Part shown: positions 8,632-18,767 of the stretch, piece by piece
Layout of the letters: every line of letters begins with the position of its first letter
Numbering within the stretch: position 1 is the first letter of the stretch
The notes under the pieces: generated by a model
Databases searched by the model: none
What the model was told of the DNA's origin: nothing
The model's input: the letters and a program-made list of their open reading frames with translations, nothing else
Program-made: the position numbers and the translations under genes
Source of the DNA: Bacteroidales bacterium
Lineage (GTDB): Bacteria > Bacteroidota > Bacteroidia > Bacteroidales > UBA12077
Assembly (NCBI GenBank): GCA_028282785.1
Contig: JANQHE010000071.1
Location: forward strand, 4,423-68,422
Direction of reading: 5' to 3'
DNA length: 64,000 nt

Positions 8632-8712
8632 AGATTCTTTAAATAGTTATTAAAAAACCATACCACGCAATTTTATTAACTTATTTCAGGGCAGAACATA
8701 ATAAATCAAAAA

Positions 8713-8733
8713 AGGGCTGCAAAATGCAACCCT
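8713..8733 (-). terminator. Rho-independent terminator hairpin between convergent genes
   Basis: AGGGCTGCA-AAA-TGCAACCCT (one mismatch), followed on the minus strand by a T-run. Confidence 0.6.
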
Positions 8734-8753
8734 CTTATATTTAATATTAATTG

Positions 8754-11252
8754 TTACTTAATGATTAACTTTTTAGTTATACTGTTTAATTCGGAATTTA
8801 TTCTGATTATGTAGATCCCTTTATTTAAATCTGAAATATCAATATTCTCAATATACGACTTACTATTAACTGATCTATTATTCAGGTAAATTAGTTTACC
8901 TTCTACATTATAAATAGAAACATCAATTTCCTCGATCATTTCTTCAGATACTAACTCGACATTTAGATTATCCGTTGCCGGATTTGGATATACTTTTAAC
9001 TTGCTGTTACTAATGATATCATTAGTCGATGCAACATTACCTTGAATTTTTAAGTTATCAAGAGCCCATCCCCATCCAACCGTAAGTTGATCTGAGTATA
9101 ACGTAAATCTTACCAATACGGTGTCGTCAGCTGCAAAATTAGAAGTGCTAAGCATATCCACACGTTTCCATTCATACATAGATTCCGTACCATCTGAACC
9201 TGCATTGTAAGCATTTAAAAATGCAGAACTGATATTACAATCCCAACCATTTTCAAAATTGTGCCAGGTATCGCCGTTGTCTTTTGAGCCTTCTATAACT
9301 GCATAATCCCAGAAATTACTACTACCATAAATTGCACCATCATCTCCCGGCTCAATAATTGCAACCTGATCAAACTGTATATAAGCTTCAGAATCTCTAA
9401 TAATTACCGGTGATTTTAAAGTTGCTCGGTAATATATTTCATTCTCACTATTAAGTCCGTCACCTTCCTCATAAGGATGTGGGCTATTTAAACAAGCCGA
9501 TGAGAAATTAGTTGGCTGATCAACGAATAAGCCATCGAAAATAAACTTTGAATCAATATCGGATTCGTCAAAAGTTATAACTACTTCATTAACAGGTTCT
9601 GCTACATCAAAGATCTCAATTTCAAAGTACCCCGTACTTGGTAATTCTGACGTATTGGGTGTACCTGCTCTATCAACTGCGTGAAATTTGTATTTAAAAA
9701 CATCGCCATCTGCTAATCCTTCGTCATTTAATGAAACAGTTACATCATAAATTGGATAATCATCATATATGGTGTGCTGAACGAAATCGCATGTTATCGT
9801 CTTAGAAGTATTATCATTTATTTTATATTCCAGATAAATTGAGTCCAGCTCGATATTATCTTTACATTCCACAGTAAACTCAAATTGTTCCGTGGTTGCA
9901 GATGCAGTAGTAATGGCTTGATCATGAATTATTTCAGGGGCAATAATGTCATCTCCAACATAAAAACTAAATACTGTATCGATGGATGTTATATTTTCCA
10001 CACCCTGAACCGGAAAATAGTATGTTTTATTCTGACCGTTTTGAGCTTCAAAATAATAGCTGTATGTATTATCATTAGCTATAGCAGGTAGCTCGGCAGT
10101 GTACAACGTATCATTTGTGGTTGCCATATCTACAATTGTCTCTGTTGAAAAATTATCTGAAGAATAATGTATTTTAACAGTTCCGGGAGTTATACTGGAA
10201 TCAGCATAAATATCTAACTCAACAGTAATTGGATCTGGCATACTTTCAATATCTATAATTTCGTCATGCACAAATAAAGGCCTTATCCAACCCATATCTT
10301 CGAACATACCTAATGTAACCGGACCCGGATCATGCGTAACTTCACCTGATCCTGAAGAATAGGTCATCATGGAATTAACAGTTCCATTAAAAATTTCATC
10401 TAAATGAGAATAACTGGAACCGGGATTCCATTCAGGTGGTGCATACAATTTAACATTATTGCCTCCATTGGCAGCAACACTGGATTCACTATTATAAAAT
10501 AGATTATTAGATGTAAATTGTAATTCCAATTGACTGGAAGGATTTGTAAAAGTTGCTGTATCAATAATATATTCATCATCGCTATTTATAACATAACGAT
10601 CATAAATTAATGGAATATTTGTACCCCATCCCCACTCACCAAGGTTGTCTTCTACGTTACCAGTTCCAATAAAACCCAAACCATGGCCCAATTCATGCAT
10701 TACAACAGAAATAAAGTCGTATTGATCATTTGGACAATTTCCGTCTAATCCCAGATACCAATTAATTGACCTGCTAAAATTCGCAGTAATATCCGATTGT
10801 TCAGGTGCCAGATCATAGCCGGCTAACTTATTAGCAAGTGCAATTGGATACCAGGTATAAACAATTGGTGCATTTTTAAAATTTCTATAAAACGTGGTTG
10901 GGGAACATGAGCCTAAAACTCCAAGTTCTAATGTTTTCCACGTTGCATCTATCCTTATGGTATCAGTAGAATATACTAAATACGACCATAACTCAACCGC
11001 CTTTGCAAAAGCAGCTTTTGCATCTTCGGTAAATCCGTTATATGTAACTTTAAAATTTGCTGTTGGTTGTGCACCACTTTTTGCACGATTTTGTGCGTTA
11101 ATTCTAAAGTTTTCAACTTTCCCACTTGAAAGAATTTTAACTTCGGGTATTTTCTTATGATCAGGATATTTAATACCCTGCTGAGCATAATTTGTCTTAT
11201 CAATAAATACTAAAGACAATAAACAAATAAATAAGAGTGTAAATTTTTTCAT
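8754..11252 (-). CDS. Secreted zinc metalloprotease-like protein with T9SS C-terminal sorting domain
   Basis: 832 aa. Signal peptide MKKFTLLFICLLSLVFI. HExxH site VVMHELGHGLGF. C-terminal ~80 aa KLKVYPNPATDNLNVE...GIYIIRINSE...KKLIIK are typical of the Por/T9SS CTD. Confidence 0.75.
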   Translation of the reverse strand: MKKFTLLFICLLSLVFIDKTNYAQQGIKYPDHKKIPEVKILSSGKVENFRINAQNRAKSGAQPTANFKVTYNGFTEDAKAAFAKAVELWSYLVYSTDTIRIDATWKTLELGVLGSCSPTTFYRNFKNAPIVYTWYPIALANKLAGYDLAPEQSDITANFSRSINWYLGLDGNCPNDQYDFISVVMHELGHGLGFIGTGNVEDNLGEWGWGTNIPLIYDRYVINSDDEYIIDTATFTNPSSQLELQFTSNNLFYNSESSVAANGGNNVKLYAPPEWNPGSSYSHLDEIFNGTVNSMMTYSSGSGEVTHDPGPVTLGMFEDMGWIRPLFVHDEIIDIESMPDPITVELDIYADSSITPGTVKIHYSSDNFSTETIVDMATTNDTLYTAELPAIANDNTYSYYFEAQNGQNKTYYFPVQGVENITSIDTVFSFYVGDDIIAPEIIHDQAITTASATTEQFEFTVECKDNIELDSIYLEYKINDNTSKTITCDFVQHTIYDDYPIYDVTVSLNDEGLADGDVFKYKFHAVDRAGTPNTSELPSTGYFEIEIFDVAEPVNEVVITFDESDIDSKFIFDGLFVDQPTNFSSACLNSPHPYEEGDGLNSENEIYYRATLKSPVIIRDSEAYIQFDQVAIIEPGDDGAIYGSSNFWDYAVIEGSKDNGDTWHNFENGWDCNISSAFLNAYNAGSDGTESMYEWKRVDMLSTSNFAADDTVLVRFTLYSDQLTVGWGWALDNLKIQGNVASTNDIISNSKLKVYPNPATDNLNVELVSEEMIEEIDVSIYNVEGKLIYLNNRSVNSKSYIENIDISDLNKGIYIIRINSELNSITKKLIIK

Positions 11253-11353
11253 ATTAAATAAATTTAAATATTAAATTAATTTAGCAATTTATAAAAAAAT
11301 ACTAATATTGGTTAAAATAACACTTTTTATATAATATTAAACACATAAAAATC

Positions 11354-11821
11354 ATGAGAAATAGAACCATAATTGGCCTAATTGTTCTCTTAACAATTTT
11401 AACTATAACATTAAACTCTTGCCTGGGCACTAAAAAAATTGAATCGGAAAAGCCGGTAATAAAGCTAAAAACGACCGCATGCAACGGAACTTGTCCGGTT
11501 TTTTCGTTAGAAATATATTCGAATGGGACAACCATATTAAACGGGAAAGCCTTTATAGAATACATAGGGCAATATCAAGGAAAATTAGATGATGATAAAC
11601 TTAAAGCGCTTTTAATAAAGTTTGATGAATCCAACTTTTTTAGTTTTGAAAATAAGTATACATCGACTTTTATGGATTTACCTGCTAAATATATAACGTA
11701 TTCAAAAGGAGATCAGTCAAAAGAAATCATGGCTTATGATAATATTCCTGAAGAACTTACCAATTTAATTAAAACAGTAAGAGAATTAATTAATCAAGTT
11801 GATTGGAAAAAGATAGATTAA
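11354..11821 (+). CDS. Lipoprotein, DUF6438-like (tentative)
   Basis: 155 aa. Lipobox LTITLNSC. CNGTCPVF motif followed by SNGT...G...Y.G pattern. Confidence 0.45.
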   Translation: MRNRTIIGLIVLLTILTITLNSCLGTKKIESEKPVIKLKTTACNGTCPVFSLEIYSNGTTILNGKAFIEYIGQYQGKLDDDKLKALLIKFDESNFFSFENKYTSTFMDLPAKYITYSKGDQSKEIMAYDNIPEELTNLIKTVRELINQVDWKKID

Positions 11822-11831
11822 CCGGTGTAAT

Positions 11832-12365
11832 CTACCTTTCAACCTCAATTAAAATATCATCTTTCATTACAGTATCTTCCGGGTTAAAATTGATCTTATT
11901 TATTTTCCCTTGAATATTCGAAACAATTTCGTTTTGCATTTTCATTGCTTCAAGGATCAATAAAGGTTCTCCTTCCTTAACCACCTGGTCTTTTTCGACT
12001 AAAAATTCTACAATTTTCCCTGGCATCGGAGCCTGTATTCTTTCAACTTTTGATTGTTCCTTATTCTTTGCTAAATACTTTCGGCGTTTATAGGAGAAAG
12101 GAGATTCAACAGATATGGAGTAACTAACTCCATTTACTAATATTTCGTATTGATTCTGATTTTTTTCGATTATCTCAACCTGGTATTTCCTCTTTTTCCA
12201 AACGATGTATACAAATCCTTGTTTATCAGAAACAATTTCAATGGGGATGTTTTCTTTTCCACGCTTTATATAAAGCTCTTTAGGATTTATAAATTCAAAT
12301 TTCTTGTTCTTTTCAGTACAAGCAATAAATTTCTGTTTACCTTTTTTTGACTTTGAGAACATCAT
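11832..12365 (-). CDS. Biotin carboxyl carrier (biotin/lipoyl attachment) subunit of acyl-CoA carboxylase
   Basis: 177 aa. C-terminal biotinyl domain with the EAMKMQNEI biotinylation motif. Lies in an operon with the biotin carboxylase and carboxyltransferase. Confidence 0.8.
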   Translation of the reverse strand: MMFSKSKKGKQKFIACTEKNKKFEFINPKELYIKRGKENIPIEIVSDKQGFVYIVWKKRKYQVEIIEKNQNQYEILVNGVSYSISVESPFSYKRRKYLAKNKEQSKVERIQAPMPGKIVEFLVEKDQVVKEGEPLLILEAMKMQNEIVSNIQGKINKINFNPEDTVMKDDILIEVER

Positions 12366-12380
12366 AATTTTAGGTTTATG

Positions 12381-13895
12381 TTATAAGGATTTTAATCTTT
12401 TATTCATTAACCAGGGAGTCATATTTTTACCCTTTTCATAATCAACGTAAGTTTGGTCTTCAGTTTCCAATTCTACATTGTAGTTAAGTGCAGCCCAGAA
12501 TGCAGCTATCATTTCTTCATCTTCTTCCTGGTAATATAACTTTTTCATATCTTTTGCAATGAAAGATGTAGAAATATCACCACTCTTAAATTTATGATGA
12601 TTTAAAACTGCCTTACAAAATGGGATTGTAGTCTTTATTCCTTGTATTTGCAGTTTGTTTAGGGCCGTTAACGTATTTGTTATGGCTTTTTCCCTTGTCT
12701 CGCCGTAACAAATAAGTTTTGCCAGCATCGAATCAAAACTTGCGGTAACATTCGATCCTTCTGTAATTCCGGAATCGAATCTACAGGTTTTCCCTTTTGA
12801 GTAACTGATTTTTTCTATTGTTCCAAGGTAAGGCGTAAACCCAGCCTGAACATCTTCTGCATTAATTCTACATTCTATTGCCCACCCCTTAAGTTTTACA
12901 TCCTCTTGTCTGATTGTTAATGTTTCGTCTTGTGCAATTCGTATTTGCCATTCAACCAGATCATAACCGGTTACCATTTCGGTTACCGGATGCTCGACTT
13001 GTATTCTTGTATTCATTTCCATAAAGTAGAAGTTCCCTGATTCGTCTAATAGGAACTCTACGGTTCCTGCATTTCTATAATTAGAAGCTTTGGCAATATC
13101 TATAGCTGATTTTCCCATTTTAGCGCGCAATTCTTCATTTAAAGCAACAGAAGGCGATTCTTCTATTAATTTCTGATGTTTCCTTTGAATGGAGCATTCG
13201 CGTTCTCCTAAATGAATAATATTATCATGATGATCAGCAAGAATCTGGAATTCAATATGACGAGGGTTTCTAACATATTTTTCCATGAATACGGAAGGAT
13301 CGGCAAAAGCCTTCTCCGCTTCATTTTGCGCCATACGGAACATTTTTTCAATATCCGATTCCTTTTCAACAATTCTCATTCCACGGCCGCCTCCTCCGGA
13401 AGCTGCTTTTAATATAACAGGATATCCTATTTTTTGTGCTAACTGTTTAGCGTGTTTATAATCCCGGATGTTCCCGTTACTACCTTGTAACAAAGGCACC
13501 TTATGGCTGGCTGCCAGTTGTTTGGCAATTGTTTTGTTACCAAGCTTGTAAATAGAATCCGGAGAAGGCCCTATGAATATGATCTTTTCATCATTACATT
13601 TTTGAGCAAAATATGGATTCTCAGCCAGGTAGCCATAACCCGGGTGAACTGCATCAATATCATATTCCTTGGCAGCATAAATAATCCTGTCTATATCCAG
13701 GAATTCCGGTATATCACTAACAATTTCCGTGAAGTCAATAATTTTGTCCATGAATTGCAAATAATAAGCTCCTGGCTCCTTTGAGGTTTTTATTCCATAG
13801 GTTTTAATACCCATTTTTTTTGCAGTTTCAGAAATACGAATTGCAATTTCACCTCGATTTGCTATTAGAATGGATTTGATTTTTTTCATGATCAA
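12381..13895 (-). CDS. accC: Biotin carboxylase (acetyl/propionyl-CoA carboxylase alpha-type subunit)
   Basis: 504 aa. ILIANRGEIAIR N-terminus. ATP-grasp motifs GYPVILKAASGGGGRGMRIV, EMNTRIQVEHPVTE, and ECRINAED. Confidence 0.92.
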   Translation of the reverse strand: MIMKKIKSILIANRGEIAIRISETAKKMGIKTYGIKTSKEPGAYYLQFMDKIIDFTEIVSDIPEFLDIDRIIYAAKEYDIDAVHPGYGYLAENPYFAQKCNDEKIIFIGPSPDSIYKLGNKTIAKQLAASHKVPLLQGSNGNIRDYKHAKQLAQKIGYPVILKAASGGGGRGMRIVEKESDIEKMFRMAQNEAEKAFADPSVFMEKYVRNPRHIEFQILADHHDNIIHLGERECSIQRKHQKLIEESPSVALNEELRAKMGKSAIDIAKASNYRNAGTVEFLLDESGNFYFMEMNTRIQVEHPVTEMVTGYDLVEWQIRIAQDETLTIRQEDVKLKGWAIECRINAEDVQAGFTPYLGTIEKISYSKGKTCRFDSGITEGSNVTASFDSMLAKLICYGETREKAITNTLTALNKLQIQGIKTTIPFCKAVLNHHKFKSGDISTSFIAKDMKKLYYQEEDEEMIAAFWAALNYNVELETEDQTYVDYEKGKNMTPWLMNKRLKSL

Positions 13896-13910
13896 TTCTC
13901 CTTTTTAAGA

Positions 13911-15467
13911 TTAGAGAGGTATATTTCCATGCTTTCGTGCAGGTTGATCTACATGTTTATTCTCTAAAGTTTTAAACGCCGTAATTAATTTATTACGGGT
14001 ATCAGCAGGGTCAATTACTTCATCAATATAGCCCTTTTCATCTGCTATATAAGGATTTGCAATATCTTGCCTGTACTTGGCTGCAAACTCTTTTTTTAGT
14101 TTTTTAGGATCTTCAGCATCTTGTAATTCTCTTTTATATAAAATAGATACAGCACCTTCGGGGCCCATAACCGCTATTTCAGCAGTTGGCCATGCAAAAC
14201 TGTAATCACCACCTACATTTCGACTATTCATAACACAAAATGCACCACCATAAGCTTTTCTTAGTATTACCGTAATTTTAGGTACTGTAGCTTCACTATA
14301 GGCAAACAAAAGCTTAGCTCCGTGTTTAATAATTCCACTATGTTCCTGGTCCAGACCTGGTAAAAATCCGGGAACATCTTCCAACGTAAGAATTGGAATA
14401 TTAAATGAATCACAAAAACGAATAAATCTTGCTCCTTTTAGCGATGAGTTTATGTCTAAAACGCCCGCTAATATTTTTGGTTGGTTAGCGACAATTCCTA
14501 TGGCTTTACCATTAAGTCGAGAAAAGCCTACGACAATATTTGGAGCATATTGTTCCGATACTTCGAAAAAAGAATCCTGATCCACAATTAGATCAATAAC
14601 TTTTTTTACATCGTATGGTTTATTCGGGTCATCAGGAACTATACTTCTTAACTTATCAATATTCTTTTCCTTCTTAGATTTAGGTTCAACAAATGGAGGA
14701 TTCTCAAGATTATTTGAAGGGAAAAATGACAATAGCTTCTTAACTCCTAAAATTGTATTTTCTTCGTCCTCATAAATAAAGTTAGCAACACCACTTTTAC
14801 GTGCATGAACTTCTGCTCCTCCCAGCTCATCAAATGTAACTTCTTCGTTTAGTACCTCTTTCACTACATCGGGACCTGTTACAAACATATAACTTGTATT
14901 CTTGGTCATGAATACAAAATCGGTGAGGGCAGGGGAATAAACCGCTCCACCAGCCGCAGGGCCCAAAATAACCGATATTTGCGGTATTACACCGGACGAC
15001 TGAATATTGCGATGAAAGATACTCGCGTATCCCGATAAACTGGCAACACCTTCCTGGATCCTTGCTCCACCGGAATCAATTAATCCAACTATAGGAGCAC
15101 CAACGCGTAAGGCTAATTCCTGTACTTTCATGATCTTTTTGGCGTGTACAGACCCTAAAGAGCCTCCCATAACAGTAAAGTCTTGAGAATAAACGTATAC
15201 TATACGCCCGTTAATTCGACCATGACCAATTACAACACCATCACCAAATGCTTCGTCAATCCTGCCAAAACCAGTATCCGGTGTAGCAGAGGTAACAAAA
15301 GCATCAAGTTCTTCAAAAGAATCTTTGTCGAATAATAGCGCTATTCGTTCACGAGCATGCAATTTACCTTTGGCATGTTGCTTTTTAATCTTTTCAGGAC
15401 CATTTTGAACCTGGAACCGTTCTATCCTGTTGAGAAAATCTTTGTAGATTTTACCGTTAATATCCAT
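13911..15467 (-). CDS. Acyl-CoA carboxylase carboxyltransferase (beta) subunit, propionyl-/methylmalonyl-CoA type
   Basis: 518 aa. Conserved blocks HAKGKLHARERI, FTVMGGSLG, DSGGARIQEG, GPAAGGAVYSPALTDF, AYGGAFCVM. Confidence 0.92.
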   Translation of the reverse strand: MDINGKIYKDFLNRIERFQVQNGPEKIKKQHAKGKLHARERIALLFDKDSFEELDAFVTSATPDTGFGRIDEAFGDGVVIGHGRINGRIVYVYSQDFTVMGGSLGSVHAKKIMKVQELALRVGAPIVGLIDSGGARIQEGVASLSGYASIFHRNIQSSGVIPQISVILGPAAGGAVYSPALTDFVFMTKNTSYMFVTGPDVVKEVLNEEVTFDELGGAEVHARKSGVANFIYEDEENTILGVKKLLSFFPSNNLENPPFVEPKSKKEKNIDKLRSIVPDDPNKPYDVKKVIDLIVDQDSFFEVSEQYAPNIVVGFSRLNGKAIGIVANQPKILAGVLDINSSLKGARFIRFCDSFNIPILTLEDVPGFLPGLDQEHSGIIKHGAKLLFAYSEATVPKITVILRKAYGGAFCVMNSRNVGGDYSFAWPTAEIAVMGPEGAVSILYKRELQDAEDPKKLKKEFAAKYRQDIANPYIADEKGYIDEVIDPADTRNKLITAFKTLENKHVDQPARKHGNIPL

Positions 15468-15748
15468 ACAAAGAGGATTAGTTAAACTTTATGTTAAATA
15501 ACATATTTTAGTTTTTAGGCACATTTATAACATGGTATATACTCATTTGTTCAACAAAATTTGAATGATTTTTTACTTATTTGATATACCGTTTTTTACC
15601 TAAATAACGACATTAAATATATGAAATATTTGAATTGGTCAAATTTTTTAAAGGAAAAAGTAACTAACAGTATTAATATTTTTATTTTGTTTATCAGTTA
15701 GTTAAAAATTAAATGGGTGCCTGTATAATGCTGTCGATAGGTGATTGA

Positions 15749-15775
15749 TGAATCTGGTCGAAAACTTCAAACGTT
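15749..15775 (+). promoter_or_regulatory. ECF-sigma-type promoter candidate TGAATC-N17-CGTT
   Basis: ~107 nt upstream of the WD40-caspase ATG. The architecture resembles the classical ECF GAAC/CGT promoter layout. A near-twin, TGAATC-N16-CGTC, sits at 63914-63939 (minus strand). Confidence 0.35.
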
Positions 15776-15881
15776 TGCAAAAGTTGAAAAAAATAAATCA
15801 TTCTTACATTAATATAATTTAGAATAATTTGAAAAATGAATATGAATATTTAACTTGCTTTGCTCTAAAATTCTTATATCT

Positions 15882-18185
15882 ATGCGACACTATTCAGTTT
15901 TACTATTTCTTTTCTTATTTATACAATTATCTGCACAGGAGTTTTCTTATAAGGAAAAAAAAGAACTTAAAGCTTATCCTGATTATATTATGGATAGCAG
16001 ATTTTCTCCGTTTCGAAATTATTTTGCTATTGCCATAGGTAATAATACCCTGGAGATTTATGATAAAGACTGGAATAAGATTTTTTCCCATCAGGGTAAT
16101 CCAAAATCTGTAGGTGGCCATATGGCTTTTTCCCCGGATGAGAAATACCTTGCTTATGCAAAATACAAAAGTGATAACGATATAGCAATTATCAGGCTTG
16201 AAGATCAAAAAGTAATTCAGGTTTTAAATGGTCATTCATTTCATATTAATAAACTTGAATTTAGCCATAATGGAAAATTTCTGGCAAGTGCAGCTTCGGA
16301 TGATGCTGTTTGTTTATGGAAATGGGAGCAGGATCAAATGGTTCTTTCACAGAAATTTTTTTACGAGGAAAAAGCAAGAGGAGTAAGTTTTAATTTTAAT
16401 GATGATTTATTTGCGGTGGGTGGTGACGATGCAATGATCTATTTGTATAAAAATCAAAATGAGAAATATAGCCTTTATGATACTTTACATACATCAAAAT
16501 ACTGGATATATGATATTTGCTTTCATCCATTAAAGAATCAACTGGTAACCGCTTCTCAATACGAAGTGAGACGATATGATATAAATAAAGGCAAATTGTC
16601 TTTTAGAGATAGTTTAAAAATAAGGGTTAACCGAACATTAAAATATAATTCAACCGGCGAATATCTTGTTTTAGGTAAAAACCAGGATTTGGTAATTTTA
16701 AAGATGTTGCCAAATGAAATAACTGAGTTTGAATCCATATACCGGCACAGTGATCATGTATTTGGAGGAAACTTTAGTGATGATGGGTTGTTTCTTACTT
16801 CATTCAGTTCCGATAGATCATCTATTGTTTGGGAACTGACAGGAGTAAAACCAAGCCGAAAATCATTAATAACTGATTATATGGATGGTGAATTGACATC
16901 AGCTCAAAAATTAATATTAACAGCTGATGTTATCGAAAACATTTTAGAAAGTTTGGATTCAAAATTAACAGCGCCTCGGGATGAATTTGAAACTACTATT
17001 CAGTATACAGAACGGAGAGAAAAGCTTAAAGCTGAAGTTCTTTCTCAATTACAAAACTATACTGAAAAGCATTTTGGTTTAAAATTGAAATCAGGAAATA
17101 AAATTAATATTCCCATTGAACGAATCATTGGATACAATGCCGACTTACAAATTTACAAAGTTAGATTTTTAGAAACTGACGCAGGTATCAAAATCCCCAT
17201 TGAGGATGCAAAATCATTCAAATCAAATTGGGAGAAAGCAGTTTTACAAGCTAATAAAACTAAAAGTAAAGATGGGATCTCGTATGAATATTCGGATTTT
17301 GTATTGATTCATCCGTTGAATAGAAAGTCTTTTCCGGTAACTCCAATTGAAAATCCTTTTCATGTAAAGAGAATAACACGAAATGCCCAATCCGATAAAG
17401 ATAGAGCAGAAGCTGGTACCGTAACTCCTGTAAAAAAAGCTGTTGGAGAAGATGTGTTGGGTGTAGATCGTGCATTGATCTTCGCAACTAACATTTATGA
17501 TTCATTTTCAGAATTGGTAAATCCGGTTTTGGATGCGACCACTGTTTCGGAAGAATTGCAGACAAATTATTTTGTACAAACAGAACTTGTAATAAATCCA
17601 ACCTTAAAGGAAGCTATTGAAAAAATCAGAGAGTATGCAAAACTTGATTATGAGCCGAATGATAATCTGTTGATCTTTTTTGCAGGGCATGGAATTTACG
17701 ACGAAGTTTTTAAAGAAGGATATGTCATATCTCGCGATTCAAAATCTGATGATGTTGCAAAAACTTCTTATTTATCGCATTCAAATCTTCGTACAATGAT
17801 CAATAATATTCCCTGTGGACATATATTATTGGTAATGGATGTTTGTTTCGGAGGTACATTTGATCCTTTAATTGCATCCAGAAGCAGAGCAGCTGATTTA
17901 TACGCCGAAGTTACCAGTGAGGAATTTATAGCTCGCAAAAAAAAATATAAAACAAGATTGTATTTAACTTCTGGGGGTAGAGAGTATGTTCCTGACGGCC
18001 GCCCGGGTCATCACTCACCATTTGCAAGAAAGTTTTTAGAGGCATTAAGAAATTATGGTGGTCATGATGGGATACTAACAATAAATGAAATTATCCAGTA
18101 TGTTGAAAAAGTAGAACCACAACCCAGGTTTGGAGAGTTTGGGGACAATGAACCTGGTAGTGATTTTATATTAATGGTTAAATAA
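15882..18185 (+). CDS. Exported WD40-repeat protein fused to a C-terminal caspase-like (peptidase C14) domain
   Basis: ATG at 15882 gives signal peptide MRHYSVLLFLFLFIQLSAQ. N-terminal WD40 repeats (GHSFHINKLEFSHNGKFLASAASDDAVCLWKW etc.). C-terminal caspase dyad motifs LLIFFAGHG (His) and ILLVMDVCFGG (Cys). Confidence 0.8.
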   Translation: MRHYSVLLFLFLFIQLSAQEFSYKEKKELKAYPDYIMDSRFSPFRNYFAIAIGNNTLEIYDKDWNKIFSHQGNPKSVGGHMAFSPDEKYLAYAKYKSDNDIAIIRLEDQKVIQVLNGHSFHINKLEFSHNGKFLASAASDDAVCLWKWEQDQMVLSQKFFYEEKARGVSFNFNDDLFAVGGDDAMIYLYKNQNEKYSLYDTLHTSKYWIYDICFHPLKNQLVTASQYEVRRYDINKGKLSFRDSLKIRVNRTLKYNSTGEYLVLGKNQDLVILKMLPNEITEFESIYRHSDHVFGGNFSDDGLFLTSFSSDRSSIVWELTGVKPSRKSLITDYMDGELTSAQKLILTADVIENILESLDSKLTAPRDEFETTIQYTERREKLKAEVLSQLQNYTEKHFGLKLKSGNKINIPIERIIGYNADLQIYKVRFLETDAGIKIPIEDAKSFKSNWEKAVLQANKTKSKDGISYEYSDFVLIHPLNRKSFPVTPIENPFHVKRITRNAQSDKDRAEAGTVTPVKKAVGEDVLGVDRALIFATNIYDSFSELVNPVLDATTVSEELQTNYFVQTELVINPTLKEAIEKIREYAKLDYEPNDNLLIFFAGHGIYDEVFKEGYVISRDSKSDDVAKTSYLSHSNLRTMINNIPCGHILLVMDVCFGGTFDPLIASRSRAADLYAEVTSEEFIARKKKYKTRLYLTSGGREYVPDGRPGHHSPFARKFLEALRNYGGHDGILTINEIIQYVEKVEPQPRFGEFGDNEPGSDFILMVK

Positions 18186-18224
18186 ACAATTATTCAACGA
18201 TTAAATAATTAAATAGAATCGAAA

Positions 18225-18761
18225 ATGAAAACAATCGTGGTTTATTATTCAAGGAAAGGCAGCAATAGTTATTTAGCCGGAAGAATATCCAGTACTTTGT
18301 CATGTGAAATTGAAAAAATCAGACCGAGATTAAATGCTTTTATGCTTTTTTTAATGGGTATTCACTTAGGAATTAAACCTCTAAAGAATGAAATCAAGGA
18401 TTACGACCGGGTTATTTTATGCGGACCAATATGGGTTGGAAGATTTATAGCACCATTACGAAGTTTTGTAAAAAAATATAAAAAGCAAATTAAGGAATTA
18501 GTGTTTGTTACTTGTTGTGGCAGTACATTTGATAAAAAAAATGAAAAGTTTGGGCATGGCCTTGTATTTAACAAAGTTAGGAAAATATTGAATGGAAAAT
18601 TGGTTCATTGTGAAGCTTTTCCAATTGATCTGGTTCTATCCGAAGATAAAAAAGATGACGAAGCAGCATTCATGGAAACACATTTAAATGACTCTAATTT
18701 TACAGGAGAAATCCTGGAAAGATTTAATGAATTTATTCAAAAGTTAAACCGGTTTAATTAA
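18225..18761 (+). CDS. Flavodoxin-like fold protein
   Basis: 178 aa. N-terminal MKTIVVYYSRKGSNS flavodoxin-type phosphate-binding loop, then DRVILCGPIW. Confidence 0.6.
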   Translation: MKTIVVYYSRKGSNSYLAGRISSTLSCEIEKIRPRLNAFMLFLMGIHLGIKPLKNEIKDYDRVILCGPIWVGRFIAPLRSFVKKYKKQIKELVFVTCCGSTFDKKNEKFGHGLVFNKVRKILNGKLVHCEAFPIDLVLSEDKKDDEAAFMETHLNDSNFTGEILERFNEFIQKLNRFN

Positions 18762-18767
18762 GCCTTA

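Noticed and set aside
18225-18761. Gasdermin-like or other pore-forming effector partner next to the caspase-like protease
   Set aside because: The adjacent 178-aa protein has a clear flavodoxin-type N-terminal loop (MKTIVVYYSRKGSNS) and no gasdermin-like features. The protease also carries a signal peptide, which is unlike the cytoplasmic gasdermin-activating proteases.
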